A stretch of 64,000 nt of DNA, taken from the NCBI GenBank assembly GCA_964057225.1, contig OZ059900.1:16244001-16308000 (forward strand), given 5' to 3'. The translations under genes and the position numbers were made by a program. Every line of letters begins with the position of its first letter. Position 1 is the stretch's first letter. Positions 56,839-64,000 of this stretch are shown here, in pieces. The notes beneath the pieces were generated by a model that had not been told where the DNA came from, searched no databases, and saw nothing but the letters and a program-made list of their open reading frames with translations. This DNA is from Auanema rhodensis (Eukaryota > Animalia > Nematoda).

Positions 56839-59800
56839 TGAAATACTGTGACGCTGAAATTCGTTGCATTTGACGACTCATATGAACAAAAATCGATTTA
56901 ATCAATATTAGCCATAAGGGGCGTGCCCTCAGAATATGCTAATTTCCTTAATTTTCTAACCCCTGTTTTTTTGTCGTGAAAGTGGAACTAGACGTTGTAC
57001 GAACAATTTTGAGCTAGGTTTCATTGACATTGCATGAGTTTGAACACATGAAATCGTAAGTCAAAACCTTGTTTACAGCGAAATTTCCAAAAACTGGTTT
57101 TCCAGCATAATAAAATATTTCTCATGGGAAATACTGTGTTTTTGTTTTTTTCTAGTGTTCAGCATGTAAAATGCTTCATTTTAGTATGTAACACGCTGAA
57201 ATTCGTTGCATTTGACGACTCATATGAACAAAAATCGATTTAATCAATATTAGCCATAAGGGGCGTGCCCTCAGAATATACTAATTTCCTTAATTTTCTA
57301 ACCCCTGTTTTTTTGTCGTGAAAGTGGAACTAGACGTTGTACGAACAATTTTGAGCTAGGTTTCATTGACATTGCATGAGTTTGAACACATGAAATCGTA
57401 AGTCAAAACCTTGTTTACAGCGAAATTTCCAAAAACTGGTTTTCCAGCATAATAAAATATTTCTCATGGGAAATACTGTGTTTTTGTATTTTTCTAGTGT
57501 TCAGCATGTAAATTGCTTCATTTTAGTATGTAACACGCTGAAATTCGTTGCATTTGACGACTCATATGAACAAAAATCGATTTAATCAATATTAGCCATA
57601 AGGGGCGTGCCCTCAGAATATGCTAATTTCCTTAATTTTCTAACCCCTGTTTTTTTGTCGTGAAAGTGGAACTAGACGTTGTACGAACAATTTTGAGCTA
57701 AGTTTCATTGACATTGCATGAGTTTGAACACATGAAATCGTATGTCAAAACCTTGTTTACAGCGAAATTTCCAAAAACTGGTTTTCCAGCATAATAAAAT
57801 ATTTCTCATGGGAAATACTGTGTTTTTGTTTTTTTCTAGTGTTCAGCATGTAAAATGCTTCATTTTAGTATGTAACACGCTGAAATTCGTTGCATTTGAC
57901 GACTCATATGAACAAAAATCGATTTAATCAATATTAGCCATAAGGGGCGTGCCCTCAGAATATACTAATTTCCTTAATTTTCTAACCCCTGTTTTTTTGT
58001 CGTGAAAGTGGAACTAGACGTTGTACGAACAATTTTGAGCTAGGTTTCATTGACATTGCATGAGTTTGAACACATGAAATCGTAAGTCAAAACCTTGTTT
58101 ACAGCGAAATTTCCAAAAACTGGTTTTCCAGCATAATAAAATATTTCTCATGGGAAATACTGTGTTTTTGTATTTTTCTAGTGTTCAGCATGTAAAATGC
58201 TTCATTTTAGTATGTAACACGCTGAAATTCGTTGCATTTGACGACTCATATGAACAAAAATCGATTTAATCAATATTAGCCATAAGGGGCGTGCCCTCAG
58301 AATATACTAATTTCCTTAATTTTCTAACCCCTGTTTTTTTGTCGTGAAAGTGGAACTAGACGTTGTACGAACAATTTTGAGCTAGGTTTCATTGACATTG
58401 CATGAGTTTGAACACATGAAATCGTAAGTCAAAACCTTGTTTACAGCGAAATTTCCAAAAACTGGTTTTCCAGCATAATAAAATATTTCTCATGGGAAAT
58501 ACTGTGTTTTTGTATTTTTCTAGTGTTCAGCATGTAAAATGCTTCATTTTAGTATGTAACACGCTGAAATTCGTTGCATTTGACGACTCATATGAACAAA
58601 AATCGATTTAATCATTATTAGCCATAAGGGGCGTGCCCTCAGAATATGCTAATTTCCTTAATTTTCTAACCCCTGTTTTTTTGTCGTGAAAGTGGAACTA
58701 GACGTTGTACGAACAATTTTGAGTTAGGTTTCATTGACATTGCATGAGTTTGAACACATGAAATCGTAAGTCAAAACCTTGTTTACAGCGAAATTTCCAA
58801 AAACTGGTTTTCCAGCATAATAAAATATTTCTCATGGGAAATACTGTGTTTTTGTATTTTTCTAGTGTTCAGCATGTGAAATGCTTCATTTTAGTATGTA
58901 ACACGCTGAAATTCGTTGCATTTGACGACTCATATGAACAAAAATCGATTTAATCAATATTAGCCATAAGGGGCGTGCCCTCAGAATATGCTAATTTCCT
59001 TAATTTTCTAACCCCTGTTTTTTTGTCGTGAAAGTGGAACTAGACGTTGTACGAACAATTTTGAGCTAGGTTTCATTGACATTGCATGAGTTTGAACACA
59101 TGAAATCGTAAGTCAAAACCTTGTTTACAGCGAAATTTCCAAAAACTGGTTTTCCAGCATAATAAAATATTTCTCATGGGAAATACTGTGTTTTTGTATT
59201 TTTCTAGTGTTCAGCATGTAAAATGCTTCATTTTAGTATGTAACACGCTGAAATTCGTTGCATTTGACGACTCATATGAACAAAAATCGATTTAATCAAT
59301 ATTAGCTATAAGGGGCGTGCCCTCAGAATATGCTAATTTCCTTAATTTTCTAACCCCTGTTTTTTTGTCGTGAAAGTAGAACTAGACGTTGTACGAACAA
59401 TTTTGAGCTAGGTTTCTTTGACATTGCATGAGTTTGAACACATGAAATCGTAAGTCAAAACCTTGTTTACAGCGAAATTTCCAAAAACTGGTTTTCCAGC
59501 ATAATAAAATATTTCTCATGGGAAATACTGTGTTTTTGTATTTTTCTAGTGTTCAGCATGTAAAATGCTTCATTTTAGTATGTAACACGCTGAAATTCGT
59601 TGCATTTGACGACTCATATGAACAAAAATCGATTTAATCATTATTAGCCATAAGGGGCATGCCCTCAGAATATGCTAATTTCCTTAATTTTCTAACCCCT
59701 GTTTTTTTGTCGTGAAAGTGGAACTAGACGTTGTACGAACAATTTTGAGCTAAGTTTCATTGACATTGCATGAGTTTGAACACATGAAATCGTAAGTCAA

Positions 59801-60158
59801 AACCTTGTTTACAGCGAAATTTCCAAAAACTGGTTTTCCAGCATAATAAAATATTTTTCATGGGAAATACTGTGTTTTTGTATTTTTCTAGTGTTCAGCA
59901 TGTAAAATGCTTCATTTTAGTATGTAACACGCTGAAATTTGTTGCATTTGACGACTCATATGAACAAAAATCGATTTAATCAATATTAGCCATAAGGGGC
60001 GTGCCCTCAGAATATGCTAATTTCCTTAATTTTCTAACCCCTGTTTTTTTGTCGTGAAAGTGGAACTAGACGTTGTACGAACAATTTTGAGTTAGGTTTC
60101 ATTGACATTGCATGAGTTTGAACACATGAAATCGTAAGTCAAAACCTTGTTTACAGCG

Positions 60159-60403
60159 ATTTCAGCGTGTTACATACTAAAATGAAGCATTTTACATGCT
60201 GAACACTAGAAAAATACAAAAACACAGTATTTCCCATGAGAAATATTTTATTATGCTGGAAAACCAGTTTTTGGAAATTTCGCTGTAAACAAGGTTTTGA
60301 CTTACGATTTCATGTGTTCAAACTCATGCAATGTCAATGAAACTTAGCTCAAAATTGTTCGTACAACGTCTAGTTCCACTTTCACGACAAAAAAACAGGG
60401 GTT
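60159..60403 (-). repeat. Inverted 245-bp satellite segment, copy 2
   Basis: Same sequence and the same junctions (CAGCGATTTCAGCG and GGGGTTTGAAATACTGTGACGCTG) as copy 1. Confidence 0.97.
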
Positions 60404-61057
60404 TGAAATACTGTGACGCTGAAATTCGTTGCATTTGACGACTCATATGAACAAAAATCGATTTAATCAATATTAGCCATAAGGGGCGTGCCCTCAGAAT
60501 ATGCTAATTTCCTTAATTTTCTAACCCCTGTTTTTTTGTCGTGAAAGTGGAACTAGACGTTGTACGAACAATTTTGAGCTAGGTTTCATTGACATTGCAT
60601 GAGTTTGAACACATGAAATCGTAAGTCAAAACCTTGTTTACAGCGAAATTTCCAAAAACTGGTTTTCCAGCATAATAAAATATTTCTCATGGGAAATACT
60701 GTGTTTTTGTATTTTTCTAGTGTTCAGCATGTAAAATGCTTCATTTTAGTATGTAACACGCTGAAATTCGTTGCATTTGACGACTCATATGAACAAAAAT
60801 CGATTTAATCAATATTAGCCATAAGGGGCGTGCCCTCAGAATATGCTAATTTCCTTAATTTTCTAACCCCTGTTTTTTTGTCGTGAAAGTGGAACTAGAC
60901 GTTGTACGAACAATTTTGAGCTAGGTTTCATTGACATTGCATGAGTTTGAACACATGAAATCGTAAGTCAAAGCCTTGTTTACAGCGAAATTTCCAAAAA
61001 CTGGTTTTCCAGCATAATAAAATATTTCTCATGGGAAATACTGTGTTTTTGTATTTT

Positions 61058-61206
61058 TCTAGTGTTCAGCATGTAAAATCCTTCATTTTAGTATGTAACA
61101 CGCTGAAATTCGTTGCATTTGACAACTCATATGAACAAAAATCGATTTAATCAATATTAGCCATAATAAAATATTTCTCATGGGAAATACTGTGTTTTTG
61201 TATTTT
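61058..61206 (+). repeat. Truncated 149-bp monomer, copy 1 (193-bp deletion, mp110-302)
   Basis: The junction TTAGC-CATAA-TAAAATATTTC has a CATAA microhomology at 61162-61166. Monomer starts are 61058 and 61207. Confidence 0.96.
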
Positions 61207-62573
61207 TCTAGTGTTCAGCATGTAAAATGATTCATTTTAGTATGTAACACGCTGAAATTCGTTGCATTTGACGACTCATATGAACAAAAATCGATTTAAT
61301 CAATATTAGCCATAAGGGGCGTGCCCTCAGAATATGCTAATTTCCTTAATTTTCTAACCCCTGTTTTTTTGTCGTGAAAGTGGAACTAGACGTTGTACGA
61401 ACAATTTTGAGCTAGGTTTCATTGACATTGCATGAGTTTGAACACATGAAATCGTAAGTCAAAACCTTGTTTACAGCGAAATTTCCAAAAACTGGTTTTC
61501 CAGCATAATAAAATATTTCTCATGGGAAATACTGTGTTTTTGTATTTTTCTAGTGTTCAGCATGTAAAATGCTTCATTTTAGTATGTAACACGCTAAAGT
61601 TCGTTGCATTTGACGACTCATATGAACAAAAATCGATTTAATCAATATTAGCCATAAGGGGCGTGCCCTCAGAATATGCTAATTTCCTTAACTTTCTAAC
61701 CCCTGTTTTTTGTCGTGAAAGTGGAACTAGACGTTGTACGAACAATTTTGAGCTAAGTTTCATTGACATTGCATGAGTTTGAACACATGAAATCGTAAGT
61801 CAAAACCTTGTTTACAGCGAAATTTCCAAAAACTGGTTTTCCAGCATAATAAAATATTTCTCATGGGAAATACTGTGTTTTTGTATTTTTCTAGTGTTCA
61901 GCATGTAAAATGCTTCATTTTAGTATGTAACACGCTGAAATTCGTTGCATTTGACGACTCATATGAACAAAAATCGATTTAATCAATATTAGCCATAAGG
62001 GGCGTGCCCTCAGAATATGCTAATTTCCTTAATTTTCTAACCCCTGTTTTTTTGTCGTGAAAGTGGAACTAGACGTTGTACGAACAATTTTGAGCTAAGT
62101 TTCATTGACATTGCATGAGTTTGAACACATGAAATCGTAAGTCAAAACCTTGTTTACAGCGAAATTTCCAAAAACTGGTTTTCCAGCATAATAAAATATT
62201 TCTCATGGGAAATACTGTGTTTTTGTTTTTTTCTAGTGTTCAGCATGTAAAATGCTTCATTTTAGTATGTAACACGCTGAAATTCGTTGCATTTGACGAC
62301 TCATATGAACAAAAATCGATTTAATCAATATTAGCCATAAGGGGCGTGCCCTCAGAATATACTAATTTCCTTAATTTTCTAACCCCTGTTTTTTTGTCGT
62401 GAAAGTGGAACTAGACGTTGTACGAACAATTTTGAGCTAGGTTTCATTGACATTGCATGAGTTTGAACACATGAAATCGTAAGTCAAAGCCTTGTTTACA
62501 GCGAAATTTCCAAAAACTGGTTTTCCAGCATAATAAAATATTTCTCATGGGAAATACTGTGTTTTTGTATTTT

Positions 62574-62722
62574 TCTAGTGTTCAGCATGTAAAATCCTTC
62601 ATTTTAGTATGTAACACGCTGAAATTCGTTGCATTTGACAACTCATATGAACAAAAATCGATTTAATCAATATTAGCCATAATAAAATATTTCTCATGGG
62701 AAATACTGTGTTTTTGTATTTT
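62574..62722 (+). repeat. Truncated 149-bp monomer, copy 2
   Basis: Same junction at 62678-62682 and the same linked SNPs (AAAGCC, AAAATCC, GACAAC, AAATGATTC) at offset 1516. Confidence 0.96.
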
Positions 62723-63335
62723 TCTAGTGTTCAGCATGTAAAATGATTCATTTTAGTATGTAACACGCTGAAATTCGTTGCATTTGACGACTCATATGAA
62801 CAAAAATCGATTTAATCAATATTAGCCATAAGGGGCGTGCCCTCAGAATATGCTAATTTCCTTAATTTTCTAACCCCTGTTTTTTTGTCGTGAAAGTGGA
62901 ACTAGACGTTGTACGAACAATTTTGAGCTAGGTTTCATTGACATTGCATGAGTTTGAACACATGAAATCGTAAGTCAAAACCTTGTTTACAGCGAAATTT
63001 CCAAAAACTGGTTTTCCAGCATAATAAAATATTTCTCATGGGAAATACTGTGTTTTTGTATTTTTCTAGTGTTCAGCATGTAAAATGCTTCATTTTAGTA
63101 TGTAACACGCTGAAGTTCGTTGCATTTGACGACTCATATGAACAAAAATCGATTTAATCAATATTAGCCATAAGGGGCGTGCCCTCAGAATATGCTAATT
63201 TCCTTAACTTTCTAACCCCTGTTTTTTGTCGTGAAAGTGGAACTAGACCTTGTACGAACAATTTTGAGCTAAGTTTCATTGACATTGCATGAGTTTGAAC
63301 ACATGAAATCGTAAGTCAAAACCTTGTTTACAGCG

Positions 63336-63580
63336 ATTTCAGCGTGTTACATACTAAAATGAAGCATTTCACATGCTGAACACTAGAAAAATACAAAAAC
63401 ACAGTATTTCCCATGAGAAATATTTTATTATGCTGGAAAACCAGTTTTTGGAAATTTCGCTGTAAACAAGGTTTTGACTTACGATTTCATGTGTTCAAAC
63501 TCATGCAATGTCAATGAAACTTAGCTCAAAATTGTTCGTACAACGTCTAGTTCCACTTTCACGACAAAAAAACAGGGGTT
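63336..63580 (-). repeat. Inverted 245-bp satellite segment, copy 3
   Basis: Same junctions as copies 1 and 2, with one private difference (GCATTTCACATG instead of GCATTTTACATG at ~63370). Confidence 0.97.
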
Positions 63581-64000
63581 TGAAATACTGTGACGCTGAA
63601 ATTCGTTGCATTTGACGACTCATATGAACAAAAATCGATTTAATCAATATTAGCCATAAGGGGCGTGCCCTCAGAATATGCTAATTTCCTTAATTTTCTA
63701 ACCCCTGTTTTTTTGTCGTGAAAGTGGAACTAGACGTTGTACGAACAATTTTGAGCTAGGTTTCATTGACATTGCATGAGTTTGAACACATGAAATCGTA
63801 AGTCAAAGCCTTGTTTACAGCGAAATTTCCAAAAACTGGTTTTCCAGCATAATAAAATATTTCTCATGGGAAATACTGTGTTTTTGTATTTTTCTAGTGT
63901 TCAGCATGTAAAATCCTTCATTTTAGTATGTAACACGCTGAAATTCGTTGCATTTGACAACTCATATGAACAAAAATCGATTTAATCAATATTAGCCATA

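Larger units (their letters stand above)
53286..60415 (+). repeat. 3565-bp tandem segmental duplication (10 monomers + inversion cassette), 2 copies
   Basis: Offset 3565 = 10x342+145 is shared by CGTATGTC (54177/57742), GTAGAAC (55813/59378), GGCATGCCC (56094/59659), TAAATTGC (~53948/57513) and the inversion (56594/60159). Confidence 0.93.
1..64000 (+). repeat. Satellite DNA tandem array, 342-bp monomer, ~187 copies, very homogeneous (candidate centromeric/pericentromeric satellite)
   Basis: TCTAGTGTTCAGC recurs at 1, 343, 3421 (=10x342+1) and 6841 (=20x342+1), and the period continues to the window end. Monomers differ from consensus by only a few substitutions or 1-bp indels. The array runs off both edges. 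The centromeric role is inference only. Confidence 0.99.

Noticed and set aside
56594-56850. MITE or transposon insertion at the inversion sites
   Set aside because: All but one base of the cassette derive from the satellite monomer itself. There is no foreign sequence, terminal inverted repeats of an element or canonical target-site duplication.
52467-57927. Three 61-aa ORFs (52467, 54177, 57742)
   Set aside because: They are created by a single A>T variant (CGTAAG>CGTATG) that adds an ATG to a chance stop-free stretch of the satellite. The copies follow the array duplications and there is no coding evidence.
1-64000. CRISPR array or repeat-spacer system
   Set aside because: There are no unique spacers, since the entire 342 bp is repeated, and no cas or other genes are present.

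Overview
The whole 64-kb window is one eukaryotic-type satellite DNA array. It holds about 187 head-to-tail copies of a 342-bp, ~34% GC monomer, typically within a few substitutions of consensus. I see no genes, RNA genes, transposons or CRISPR arrays, and the five listed ORFs are by-products of single-monomer variants. The informative structure lies in departures from the repeat. (1) A complex 257-bp inversion cassette with identical junctions occurs three times (56594, 60159, 63336). (2) A 193-bp microhomology-mediated deletion makes a 149-bp monomer (61058, 62574, and probably again at the window end). (3) A single 104-bp deletion occurs at 37503. (4) Nested local and long-range duplications are traceable with linked SNPs (offsets 1025/1027, 1367, 1516, 1710, 2052, 2735, 3565, 12313 and 14365 bp). 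(5) The monomer appears to be an ancient diverged dimer (~195 + ~147 bp) rich in dyad symmetries, which lie at the inversion breakpoints. Species and centromeric function cannot be established from this sequence alone. Monomer positions (mp) refer to window bases 1-342.
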